A DNA stretch of 64,000 nt. Origin: Gracilinanus agilis (Eukaryota). How positions within the stretch are numbered: position 1 is the stretch's first letter; each line of letters starts with the position of its first letter. The translations under genes were made by a program, and so were the position numbers. The notes under the pieces are model-generated. The model was not told the origin of the DNA, searched no databases, and saw only the letters and a program-made list of their open reading frames with translations. Shown here one piece after another: positions 1 through 25,190 of the stretch. The stretch is from assembly GCF_016433145.1 (NCBI RefSeq), contig NC_058131.1, forward strand, positions 44,692,159 through 44,756,158, read 5' to 3'.

Positions 1-381
1 CACTGCCCAAAATGGCCCCCAAGCATAGTGCTGAAGTCCTGTCTAGTGGTCCTAACCACAAGAAGGCTGTGATGTGCCTTAATGGAGAAAATACATGCGT
101 TAGACAGAAAATACATGCGTTTGTTCAAGTCTGAGTTATGGTGTTGTTGACCGTGAGTTCAATGTTAATGAATCAATAATATGGTCCATCCTGCAAAAGG
201 AAGAAATTCGTTGATGTGTACATGATTCTGCTCCAGAAAGTGCTAAAGTAAATGTTGTGACCAGAGGCTCAAAGAAAATGAACTCAGGATTTCCCCTAGA
301 AGCAAGGGTTAGGTATTCTCTAATTTATTCGTCATGGCAGTGTTATAGAACATAATTACTGTCAATGACTAGAATCAACTG
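1..381 (+). mobile_element. Tigger7/MER44-like TcMar-Tigger deletion derivative (left end outside window)
   Basis: Resembles the recalled MER44 consensus (ccaaaatggcccccaagcatagtgctgaag..., gtgagttcaatgttaatgaatcaa..., aatgttgtgaccagaggctc..., TIR-like end agaatcaactg). Confidence 0.7.
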
Positions 382-627
382 GATATGTAAATAGTAGGTC
401 CTCGTATCCATGGAAGATGGTCCCAGCTCCTACTGGGGATGGTTGAAACCATGATTTAAGCAAATACCTGTCTGATCTCTTTTCCCTCTGCTCAATGCTC
501 CACAGCCTCCCACCCCTCCAACCCTAAAAATCAGTGAAAGTGAAAATAGAATGGAGGGTAGAGGGGGGAAGGCTATTGTCCAGGGCAAAGTTTGGAGTTT
601 CACAGTTGACCCAGAATAAGTGAAGGA

Positions 628-778
628 NNNNNNNNNNNNNNNNNNNNNNNNNNNNNNNNNNNNNNNNNNNNNNNNNNNNNNNNNNNNNNNNNNNNNNNNN
701 NNNNNNNNNNNNNNNNNNNNNNNNNNNNNNNNNNNNNNNNNNNNNNNNNNNNNNNNNNNNNNNNNNNNNNNNNNNNNN
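628..778. other. Assembly gap (151 N)
   Basis: Run of N. Confidence 1.
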
Positions 779-1241
779 CGGAGAGAGAATTGAAAGGCTA
801 ATTAAACTAGGCTATAAGCCACAAGGCCTTAGCAATTAGGGAGGCAAGAAGCCTACTTAAGGTAGTGAATCTGGAAACGCCAAGGTAGGCCCGAGAAAAG
901 TCAGCCTAACTTACCCACATGACAATTCAGAGTGGAAGCTGCCTGAGGTCTCAGCAGAGAACCTTCTGCACTAAGTTCAAAGTGGGAACTCCCTCAACAG
1001 GAAGTTGCCTACATACTTGAAGAGATAGTGTCTTTCGTCACTTCCTGTGGGTCCACTTCTAATTCAAGTGGACAAATGGCAGCCCCTACACTGATTTGGC
1101 CTGCCCTTGTTTTTGATTTGTTACTTATTGTCACGTGTGGGTAACTCATCCCTCCTCCCCACTAAGGGAGGTGGGGATGACATTATCTCTGGTGGCTAGA
1201 GTTTTAACTATGAATGGGCTTGAGCTAATTCTATTTACACA
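779..1241 (-). mobile_element. Probable ERV LTR fragment truncated by the gap
   Basis: Minus strand starts TGT at about 1241; GGAAGTGACG ETS-CRE core at 1036-1045, as in the 48.3-kb LTR; unlike the local SINE/LINE families. Confidence 0.5.
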
Positions 1242-1261
1242 ATACAAAAATGGGGGATGAA

Positions 1262-1480
1262 GGAAGCACAGTGGATAGAAAAAATGCCAGGCATGGAGTC
1301 AGGAAGACCTGAGTTCAAATCTAGAGTTTACCAGATATTTGATCCTGGGCAAATTGATTAACATTGTTTAGTTTCCCATCTGTAAAATGAGCTGGAGAAG
1401 GAAATGGCAAAACACTTCAGTATTTCCACCAAGAAAACCCTAAATGGAGTCACAAAAAGTCAGACATGATGGAACAACAC
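1262..1480 (+). mobile_element. Mar1-type CORE/RTE-tail SINE
   Basis: tRNA-like head (ggagtcaggaagacctgagttcaaat), CORE, tail ggagaaggaaatggcaaa...ccaagaaaacc. Confidence 0.8.
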
Positions 1481-1624
1481 AAAAATCATATAACAATAGC
1501 TATAACAGATTTTTATGTATCAATGTGTCTCTATAATAAAAAATTACATAACAATTAGGATTTATCTAGCACATTATCTTTCTATCCTCACAACCCTGGG
1601 AGAGGCATTATTATTATCTCCATT

Positions 1625-1935
1625 TTGTTATCCTCTAGTGGATTCAGTTGCGTTCAACACTTTGTGACCCCATTTGGGGTTTTCTTGGCAAAGGTACTGG
1701 AGTGATTAGTCTTTTTTTTTTCTCTACCTCATTTTACAGATTAGAAACTGAGGCAAACAGGTGAAGTAACTTGTCACACAGCTAAGATACTGGAGTGGTT
1801 TGCCATTTCCTTCTCCCACTCATTTTACAGATGAGGAATTGAGGTAAATAGAGTTAAGTGATTTGCCCAGGGTAACCCAGCTAGTAAGTGTCTGAAATTG
1901 GATTAGAATTCATGAGATGAGTCTTCCTGACTCTA
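1625..1935 (-). mobile_element. Mar1/MIR SINE composite
   Basis: Reverse-complement Mar1 tail plus two CORE segments (acagatgaggaa...gtgacttgccc). Confidence 0.7.
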
Positions 1936-2590
1936 AGCCGGATCATTAGAGTTAACTGAGACAAAACTTTTGAAGTGATTTGCCCAGAATCTATGCAGGT
2001 TACCTAACATAATCTAAGGGCTGTAGGGGAGGAAAACAAAATTCGGGCCTCTCGCCTCCTTCACGTTTTCCCACCTTGATAAGCCTCGGTGAGCTCAATT
2101 CAGTTCACAAGCAAATGCAGTGGGCGCTTTTTACTAGCCGAGTCGGGTGGCAGAAATGCCTGGATGTATACAAAAACCGAAATGGAGGCCTGCTTTCTCA
2201 GGGCTTCTGGTCTACTCTACCGGAATGTGCAGCATTTGGTCCTCTCGGCCCGTCAGGGGAACAGCAGAGGGATCAAGCCGAAAGGGAGGGAGGAAGCCCA
2301 TTCACCCGTGTAGGGGCTGATCCGGTCCCCGCCCCCAAAGTGCGTGGGAGAGCTCGGAGGGAAGTCTCAGGCTCTAAGGCGTAGGTAAATCAAGGTCCGC
2401 CGGCCTCGCTTTCCGAGTCTGCAAAAAGAAGCGGAACCAAACCTACGGAGCTTGGGCCTGGGTGGGGGGGTGGGGGGTCATTGCAGGGCGGGTTTTCCTG
2501 TGCGTCTCCTCTTCTGATTGGAGGATAGCCCCGTCACCTCCGCCAATGACCGCGGAGCCGGGGGCAAGTTCCCACTGTGGCTAGAACAGC

Positions 2591-16315
<13,725 letters not shown>

Positions 16316-16596
16316 GCAAATTTTTCTTTGTGGAATGCAAAGCCGTGATCTTCATGGATGGAAAGAATCTGCCTTAAAATACATCGATCATATCACAGGA
16401 GACTTGATTCTGTGACTTGCCTGGATTGTAAAGGACAATGACATAGGCCTCATGTCCTCAGAGGACTTTCCTTTGTGGCCCGCTTTGACTTTAAGCCTCA
16501 ATCATGATTCTTCTAAATTAAAGCCCCAAGATCATTTATTGTGAACATCCTGTACATAAGAAAACTATTTTGAAGTAAAGTCATGTAAGGTTTATG

Positions 16597-16602
16597 ATTA
16601 AA
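16597..16602 (+). terminator. Candidate DHODH poly(A) signal ATTAAA (another at 16517-16522)
   Basis: Upstream TGTA and downstream T-rich tract; I saw no canonical AATAAA in the following 2 kb. Confidence 0.4.
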
Positions 16603-19600
16603 ACCCTAATCTCTTTTTGTAGGGCCACTTACTCTACCCATTCCCCTCAAAGTGTAGTAACTTGGATCTTGCATTTTTGGCCCACTAGGATAACTGCTAC
16701 TCTGAGGCTGAGCTACGGTTCTCTGAGTGAGCCTGTGGAGCCACCACTTTTCTCCTTGAGAGAGAACTAGGCAAAGATTTGCAGAGGAGACAACCCTAGC
16801 TCTTCTAGATTTAGGAATTTTTAGAGTGACTGCTCTGGGTCTTGAAAGTGGGATGAGCCCCAGGATACATATTTACAGACATGATCAATACAGGATTTGT
16901 TTGCTTGGTTGCATATTTGTCACAAGGTTTTTGTTTTTACTTTTTAATAATAATAGTAATTATGGCATTTATGCAGTGCTTTAAGGTTTACAAAGCAATT
17001 TATTTCATTTGATCCTCACAAGAGGTAGGTGCTATTATTATCTCCATTTTTACACATGAGAAAACTGAGGCTGAGAAAGTTAAATCAGTCATTACCAATG
17101 ATTAGAATCTGAAGCAAGATTTGAATTCAGGTCTTCCAGCTCAGGTCTCTGAGTACTATACTCTGTCTACCATAGCTTCCAGCTGCCTTGGGGAAAAGAG
17201 AGGTAGAGGGAAAAGGGACCGTTTCCTGACCCCACAAAAAATGGGAAGCGAACAGAAGGGAGACACTGCAGACCACAGGCTGGACAGTCCTGATAGTTAC
17301 TGATATTGAATTTTTTAAACTTAAACAGAAAAGTCAGCTGTACATAGTAGAGATTTACAGTTTCCCATGCAGTCCTTTTCCTTTCCATTGTACATTGCTC
17401 AGTTTATTAGATGTTTGTTAAATTTAGGATTTAAAAAGAAAATGGAACAATACCAAAAGGACAGATGAGCAGGAGCAATAGTCACAATGGAGTGGGGATG
17501 AAGGATGATGGTTAGATGTCCTCGTGTGCTTCATCTCCTTTCCCTCAAACAGGAAAGAATGGCAAAATGAGGATGAGGGAGAAGAGGAAAGAAGAACTTC
17601 CCTCATGATGAGCAAGGGCAGTAACAGACACGGGTGGGCTGATGGTGACCCTGAGGTGGCCAAAGTCCAAAGTGGTTTGGTACCTAGACGATGAGGCGTT
17701 GGAATAGAGTGTGTGAGTACTGAGATGGAGCCCTAGGAGTTCTAGGAGGGATATTCTCCCTGGTAGGGGCTTCTCCAGGGACCCCTTCCTTGGCTGAAAA
17801 TGAAGTGTTCTACTTTGAAGGCTGGAGAGTCACAGACACATTGAATCTGGGCTCTGCAGAAGTGTCTGTGGCTCAGTGATTGCATCTTTGATCTAAAGAT
17901 GAAGGATGTTTGCAACATCTGTGGGGAAAGCTTCCTAAATGGCTTTGTGAAACTTAACACATCCTCCATGTCTCAATTCACTTGTCATTTCATTTCAGTA
18001 TAATTAGTTTCCTTTGTAGTCCTGTGTGTTTTATTTTCCCTTCCTGGATCACTTGCCATGTCATGGCAGGGGGCCTCATATAACTCAGCCGTGTTTTATT
18101 TTATACATTTAAAAGCGTTGCTCTGAGAAAGGGTTCAGACTAACTGTCAAAGGGGCCCAAACACACACACACAAAAGGTTAAGAACCCCTGATCTACACT
18201 CAGGGGACAGAAGACGGCCTCACTTCATGGTTTGCATATGCCCTGTACCCTTACATGATAAACCTCCCAAGGGCAGGGACCATGGGTTATTTATTTAGAC
18301 TCTGTAGCTCTCATTATTGCTTAGTATAGAGTAGAGGCTTACTAAATATTTTGCACAATTGAAGTTTTTTTTCTTTTAATCCATATCTTTTGTCTTAGTA
18401 TTACTCCTAAGACTTAGTGTTACTCCTAAGAGTGATAATAGGCAATTGGGGTTAAGTGACTTGCCACATAACTAAGGGCCACACAGCTAAGAAATGTCTG
18501 AGGTCAGATTTAAATCCAGGTTCTCCTGACTCCAGATCTGGCTCTCTATCCTTTTTGTTACCCAGATGCACCATTATATTGAAGTGCTAAAAGTCACCAG
18601 GCACATGGCTATCATTTCATTCTGACATGGAATTAGAAGACCTGGGCTCTGCTGTTTACTACCTCTATAAACTTGGGCAAGTCATTTCCCTCCAGGCCTC
18701 AGTTTCCTCATCTCTAAAATAAAGGGTTTGGAGTAGATGACCTTTGAGGTCCTTTTCAGTCCTAAATCTATAATCCCTAGAAAACCTAGAAGAACTAGTG
18801 GAATTAAATAATTAACAGAAATGAATAATGATTAACCAAAGAAACAAATGGAAGCTATGCTTTTTGGAAATCAAAGAACAAAATGTGTAAAGCATTCTGA
18901 TTGGGCATGTGTTAGTGGTATCCATGCCTCTTCTGTCTCCTGGTTCTCTTTTCTCGGACTCCTTAGGTTCTGATAGTTCATCTTTCTCTTGTCTCCTAAG
19001 TGCAGAGCAGGAGTTCATGGAACCAATGCATTGGCACTCTGGTAAAATGTCTGGACCCTTTCTCAGAATAATGCCTTTAAATCCATAAGATAAATACATA
19101 GGATTACAGAGACCACTTCCACTTACCTTATTTTTGTTAATAGCTACATAATTGCCCAATTACCCAAGTTCATAATCTCAGAGCCATCCTGACTCTTTCC
19201 TTTCCCACGTCTCACTTCCCTCCTCATACATTTGGTAAGACCTGACGATCTTACCTGATCATACCGTCTGGTCATTTTCCACTGTTGTTTTCTCACACCT
19301 CCCCCACTTCTTACCTCCCCCCATCTCTAGATCTGGCAGTCTTTGCCCCTCACCTAGGCTGTTATAATGCTTTCCCCAACGACTGTTCTTGTCTCCATTC
19401 ACAGAGCTGCCAAAATTATTCTGATAGTAGCCCAGGCCTGACCATGTCATTTCCCCTTCTCAAAAACCTTTAGTCATCTCCATAGCCCTTTTCCAGAGCA
19501 AAATACAAGCCCTTGTGTTTGAGGCTCTCTTAAAGTCTGCCTCCAGCTGCCCTTTCGAGCCTTCATTCCCCTTCTCACACACTGTTCCAGCTAAGATGGG

Positions 19601-19771
19601 CATCATCTGTTCCTCTCCTCTGTATGTGTTTGTCCTGTGTTAGGAGTGGACTTTTCCATCAACTCAGCCTTTCGCCTCCTTTAAGGTTCCTCGCCTTCAT
19701 GAATCCTTTTTGGCTCTCTTTCAACCAAAAGGGACGACTTTCTCAACATTTTCCTGGTGTTTTGTCTAGAC

Positions 19772-19974
19772 CAGTGATGGGCAAACTTTTTAAAGAGGGG
19801 GCCAAAGGAAAGGAAATGCTCATCTGTCAGTTAGTTTCTAAGGCAACTCTTTTGAAGTTTCATTGTATTGTATCCTACTCACTGTATTCGTCAGATTAGG
19901 AATAATGTTGTACAGCCAGATAGAACATTTCAGGGGGCTGCATCTGGCCCAGGGGCATAGTTTGCCCATCACTG
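19772..19974. mobile_element. hAT MITE, 203 bp, perfect 16-bp TIRs and 8-bp TSD
   Basis: TIR CAGTGATGGGCAAACT (19772-19787; inverted at 19959-19974); TSD GTCTAGAC at 19764-19771 and 19975-19982. Confidence 0.95.
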
Positions 19975-20217
19975 GTCTAGACCTTTTCCCTCACCACATT
20001 TGCTACTAACCTACTATTTTTAGGGGTTTCTGCCCCATTTGATTACAGTCCTTACAGTCTTTGCCTTGAAGGGAAAAAAAATGTTTTTCAACTTTTTTTC
20101 CCCAATGCCTTACACTAATACGTGTTTAGTAAATGCCCTTTAAATGGAATTGAATGGCCCTATTTTTCTTCTCTGTAATCCGAGTCTAATTTTGTACTTG
20201 TTTTATTGATGGTCTTG

Positions 20218-20864
20218 TGTAAAGGGAACCCCTTCCTCCCCAGGTTGTGAGCTTTCTTCTTGTCCCACCTGTCCCATTAGCATGGCTAGAACACTCCAAA
20301 GAGAAGTCCCAGGTTAAGGGTCCTAGGAACATGCTCAGGAAGTAAGGGCGACAGGTCCGGGGCAGAGAGACTCTGTTTGGTTCCTGAGATGTTATAGACC
20401 AGTTCAGAGAGACAAGAAGTGACATGGAGAAAAGGGCTATAAAAGATGAGACCGTAGAGGAGATCAGGGGCTTTGGGTGTTAGTTTGCTGGGATTGATTC
20501 TTCTGCTCCATTCAGCATTGGTGGCTCAGGTGGAAGACACCCCCGTGGGCTGGTAAGACTTGCTCTGAAGAGACTACTGGACTTCCATGTGGAGATTGGA
20601 ACCTCATTGGGGAGTGAGCTGAAATTCTATGGATCAGACTACCACTAGAGTGGTAGGCTAGGAAATAAAATTTCTACTTCCTTATTTCTTATACTATATT
20701 TATATTAAATTAAATTGTTAAAAGCTACTATTATCCTGTAACTTAGTTAATTTTATAAATGGAAATCACAATTTTTTTTACTAATATTATTTAACAAAAC
20801 CAATTTCTAAATATTACATGTAGCATTTTAATTATTACATATTACATTTATTTTCATTATTACA
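20218..20864 (+). mobile_element. Probable solo LTR
   Basis: TGTAA...TTACA ends flanked by GTCTTG (20212-20217, 20865-20870); GAAGTGACA 20416, CTATAAAA 20437, AATAAA about 20664. Alternative ends 20174/20770 are possible. Confidence 0.6.
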
Positions 20865-23800
20865 GTCTTGGGTTTGGAGGGTAACACCTTTCCCTGTGTG
20901 TTGAAGCACATCTTGTAATGTGGGGCCCGTGGAGGGTGATGAAGGCATTGCTACATCCCTGCTTCTCATCCACTGACCCCTTCCCCATCTCCACTGGCCT
21001 CTTGCTGCCCTGCAAACCCAGAGCCAATTGTGTTTCCCTTCCTTCCTCTTTCACTTCCCTAATCAGTCTTGAGAATTTTCATATCAAGCTGCAAGTTGTT
21101 ATACCAGGTAAAGAGACAAAATGAACATTTAGTATGTTGGGCAGTCTATAATTAGGGTCCATATGCTTTTTTTTTTTTTAACCCTTATATTTCATCTGGA
21201 ATCAGTACTGTGAATTGGTTCAAGGCAGAAGAGAGGTAATGACTAGGCAGTGGGGATTAGGTGACTTGCCCAGGGTCACACAGCTAGGAAGTGTCAGATT
21301 TGAACCTAGGTCCTGTCTCTGGGCCTGGCTGTCAAACCACTGAGCCACCTAGAAGACCCCCAAGATCCACATCATGTTTGTTTTTCAGAGCTTACTCTTT
21401 GAAAAAACTTTATACCTGACTTTTAAAATTTTCTCCAATGATCCCTTTGGGCCTCAGTTACCTTCTCTATAAAATGAGGGACAGCTAAGTTTCTCTCAAT
21501 TCAGTATCCTACAGTGCTGACAAGTAGGCTCTTAAATAGAATTATTCAGTAAGACAATGGGGGGGGGGTATTGGTGGGGTCCACCGAAAGCATCCTGGAG
21601 GAGATGAGACCAAAGGTGATCCTTGAAGGAAGAGAGAGATTTCAAAAGGCTGAGGCAGGAATGGGAGAGAAGAAAGAAGGAAACAAGTATTTGTGAAGTG
21701 CCAGACAGTTCATGAACATTAAATCATTTGATTCTCACAACCCTGTGAGTAGGGGCTCTTTATTTCCCCCTTTTTACAATTGAGGAAACTGAGGCAGGCA
21801 GCTAAGAAGTATCTAAGATCATATTTGATCCAGTCTTCCTTACTCCAGGCCTACCGTTCCGTTCCCTGTGCTATTAGGTTGCCTCCAAGTCTATAAAGAA
21901 ATAAAGGAGTTTGTCTTTCGGTCTTTGGCTTCCAAGGAGTGAAGGTGCTCATGAGTGTAAAGAGAAGATGCTGACTGTACAGAAAAGGGCAAAGTGCCAA
22001 GACTGTTTCTCCCACCCTGGTCTTTGACTCTCCCAGCTTAGGTTCTTGGCAAGTGGCATCTCACAAAATTTAACTTAACATTTTCTCCCTGATGGGAACC
22101 AAGAGGGAAAATCGGGGAACGCTGGATCATCTTAGGGAAGCTTCCCTACAGATTGCTTGCCATAGAAATCAATCTTGTATGATGTTAATAGTGTCTGTTC
22201 TGCTGCTGTCCCTGGGAAATGCTCAGTCACTGGACTCTAGAAAACCCTTTCAGACCAACATCAGAGAACCTGGTGGTATTTGCTGTGGGGAAGATGACCC
22301 ATTTTCATTGGGGGAGAGATGACAGCTGATAATGACTGGAAAGTGAGAGAATGAAATGCAATCAAAATCACTTCGCTCCTTTGTCCTGAGTTTCCTCAGA
22401 TGCAGAAGGAGGCAGCTAGATAAAGCAACCTCCAAGGCCCTCATAGGTTATAAAATTAGGATTCCTCCAGATTGTCTGTACAACCCTCTGGATCATGGTG
22501 CATTGATCTCAGATGGTAGAAGTTACATCACAGAGAGCCGTTGGGTGTGTGTTAAGTTTGGGAAATCAATCATTAATTAAATGGTTATGGGAAGACACTA
22601 GGACACCGAAAGGGCTACTGCTCATCGCTGCATTGCTCAAGAGTTGGGCTGTTTATGATTGTCCAGCCTTTTACTGAGTGCCATCGTGACCATGTTGCTT
22701 CTGGGAGTGTTTCAAGGTGGCACTCGATCGCTTCTAGGTTTACCGAGGAGAAAGAAAGCTTTCTTTACTCAAGAGGACCTGAGGCTGAAAGCCAGTTGGC
22801 TTGGATCATTTGGTTTATCTGAACCTGAAAACCTGAATGCTACAGTTCAGGTGGTTGTAGCTAGAATCATTCTGTACGCTTCAGGCTCAAAATTGAACTT
22901 GTTCTCTTTTGCCTGCAAGCTCTTCCCTCTTCTAATTTTTCTATTACCATCGAGGGTATCACCATCTTCCTAGCCACCCACAAGCCTGGTTTTATCCATG
23001 ACTCCTCATGGCTTCTCACTCACCTCTGTTGCCAGGTCCCTAATTCTACCATCACAGCTTCATAGACATCACTCTTTTTCCTCTGACCTTGTTTTTGTTT
23101 TTCTCTGTCTTCAGCACTAACCACTGTTGTCCCGCATATGGTAGGTGCTTAATAAATGCTCAATACCTTGCACTAGAACAAAGACTAGACTTGCACATAA
23201 GGCTTCTTTGTTTAGAGGCTTCTCTAACCCATATAAGTATTTCCACTTCCTTCCTGCAACTACTGAAGATGGTCTGTAGTGATTAAAGCAGAGAAAACCC
23301 TTGCAAGTCAAGATAAAGGAAAGTCAGTGGATGAGCATTTATTCAGCACCTGCTCCGTGTCAGGCACTGCCTTAGAGGGTTACAAAAAGAGGCAAACATG
23401 AATCAGCTCTGGGGAGATCAGGATGCCTGCAAATAGCCACAGAGAAGAACAGAATTGGCCTGTTAATCATGGGCCTTTTATCCAGAAAATGACTGCTAGA
23501 ACCCGCTCCGTCCTCCTGGCTTCATTTTTCATGGGGCTGCTGCATAGGAAACTCTAGTTGGTTATGGAATTTTTGCTGCTGCTGCTTTTTAAAAAATTGT
23601 TTTCGGGGTGTGAAAATAAACAAGACAACCAAAACCAACCATCCAGTGCTGGGTGTTCTCTTGAGAGGTTAGTCAAGGACGATTTCCCAATTTCCTATCC
23701 GAAATCTCTGCCTCCCTTGTGCCCAGTTCAAGGAAAGGTCACTGTGCCAGGCACAAGACCATCAGGAATGGGCAGGGGTTGGCATTTTTTCAAATATTTG

Positions 23801-24964
23801 TTAGTACCTAACAATGTATGAGATACTATGCTGGATATGGGAACATATAAAAAGGCCAGAAATAACTAGGTTGAGTAATAACAGTAGGGCTCTTTGTTTT
23901 GTTTTGTTTTGTTTTGTTTTTAAAAGCAGAAAAGTACTTGAAACATTATCTTCATCTCTCTCTGCCAGAGGCATTATGGTCTGGGGTGTGCTAGCAAAGG
24001 ACTGACCTCCAAACTTTTCAGTTTAATATGCATTATTGACACTTTCTCCCTCACTTCTTCATTTAAAAAAATCCTTATCTTCTGTCTTAGAATCACTTCC
24101 AAGTGTCAGTTCCAAGGCAGAAGAGTGTTGAGAGCTAGGCAATTGAGGTTAAGTGACTTGTCTAGGGTCATAGCTAGGAAGTATCTGAGACCACATTTGA
24201 ACCCAGGACATCTCTCTAGGCCTGGCTAGCTATTCAGCCACCTAGCTTCTCCCAAAGAGCCACCCAGCTGCCCTTCTCACTTCTGAGATATAAATGCCCA
24301 CCCTAAAAATTTAACAGTTGGTTCTGAGCTGATAGGAACTGGGTTCTGGCATATCCCTGCTTGGGGTCAGTAGAGATCTGGGTTTAAATATTTTCTTACT
24401 GGTAGTAGTTATGTGACTAAGGCAAGTCACTTAACCTCCATCTCATCATCTGCAAACTGGGAATAATCCTTGTTGTGCATCTACTCCACAGTGATGTTAC
24501 AAAAATAAAATGAGATGTTACAAAAGATAAGATGAGGTGCAAGTCTTAAATCATTGTGTAGACTCCAGCTACTTTTACTTATGACCTATTCTTTAAAATC
24601 TAATCCAAATGCCACTTCCTCCAGAAAGTCCTTCCTGATCCCACAAGTTAATTAATGCCTTAATTTATTAATATCTATTAATTAATTAATTAATAGATCC
24701 AACCTAGCATTCTTTTGTAATTAATTCTCTAATGCATTTATCACATAATCTGTATTATAATCCTATTGGTATAAAACTAGCCAGAATCCTCCTTAAGGGC
24801 AGGAAGATGCCAACTAAATTTTATATCTCCATCAGTGCCTGACACAATATTCTCTATTCGAGGTGTCATACGTATCCGGGGGCATCATTGCAGCCATAAC
24901 AGGGAAACCTCATTAAAATGTAATTGGGAAATACTTAATAAAATAAATTAAAAGTACAAAAGTA

Positions 24965-25190
24965 CATTTTGTTGTTGTTTAGTCGTACCTGACTTTGGTA
25001 CTGTCCATGGGATTTTCTGGGCAAGAATACTGGAATGATTTGCCATTTCCTTTTCCAATGGGTTCAGGCAAACACACGTTTAAGTGACTTGCTCAAGACC
25101 ACACAATTGTTAAGTATCTGAGGCTGGATTTGAACTTCCTCACTCTGGGTCCAGGGCCCTAACTACTGTGCTCCCCAGCTGCCTCCAATA
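24965..25190 (-). mobile_element. Mar1-type SINE; other copies at about 42705-42935(+) and 58285-58617(+)
   Basis: ttgttgttgtttagtcgt... RTE-type tail plus CORE. Confidence 0.75.

Noticed and set aside
1262-1330. tRNA-like A/B boxes (ggttcaaat) at many SINE heads
   Set aside because: These are SINE promoters; no cloverleaf tRNA gene was found.
2076-2384. 102-aa and 74-aa ORFs upstream of DHODH; considered as PKD1L3 or a new gene
   Set aside because: No similarity to recalled PKD1L3, the reverse strand is closed by stops, and they lie in GC-rich promoter DNA where chance ORFs are common.
17550-17700. Acidic open stretch after a possible acceptor (KEWQNEDEGEEERR...)
   Set aside because: No recognisable homology or partner exons; purine-rich low complexity explains it.
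17889-18003. CNICGESF zinc-finger-like peptide
   Set aside because: Lacks the HxxxH half and linker; no flanking fingers.
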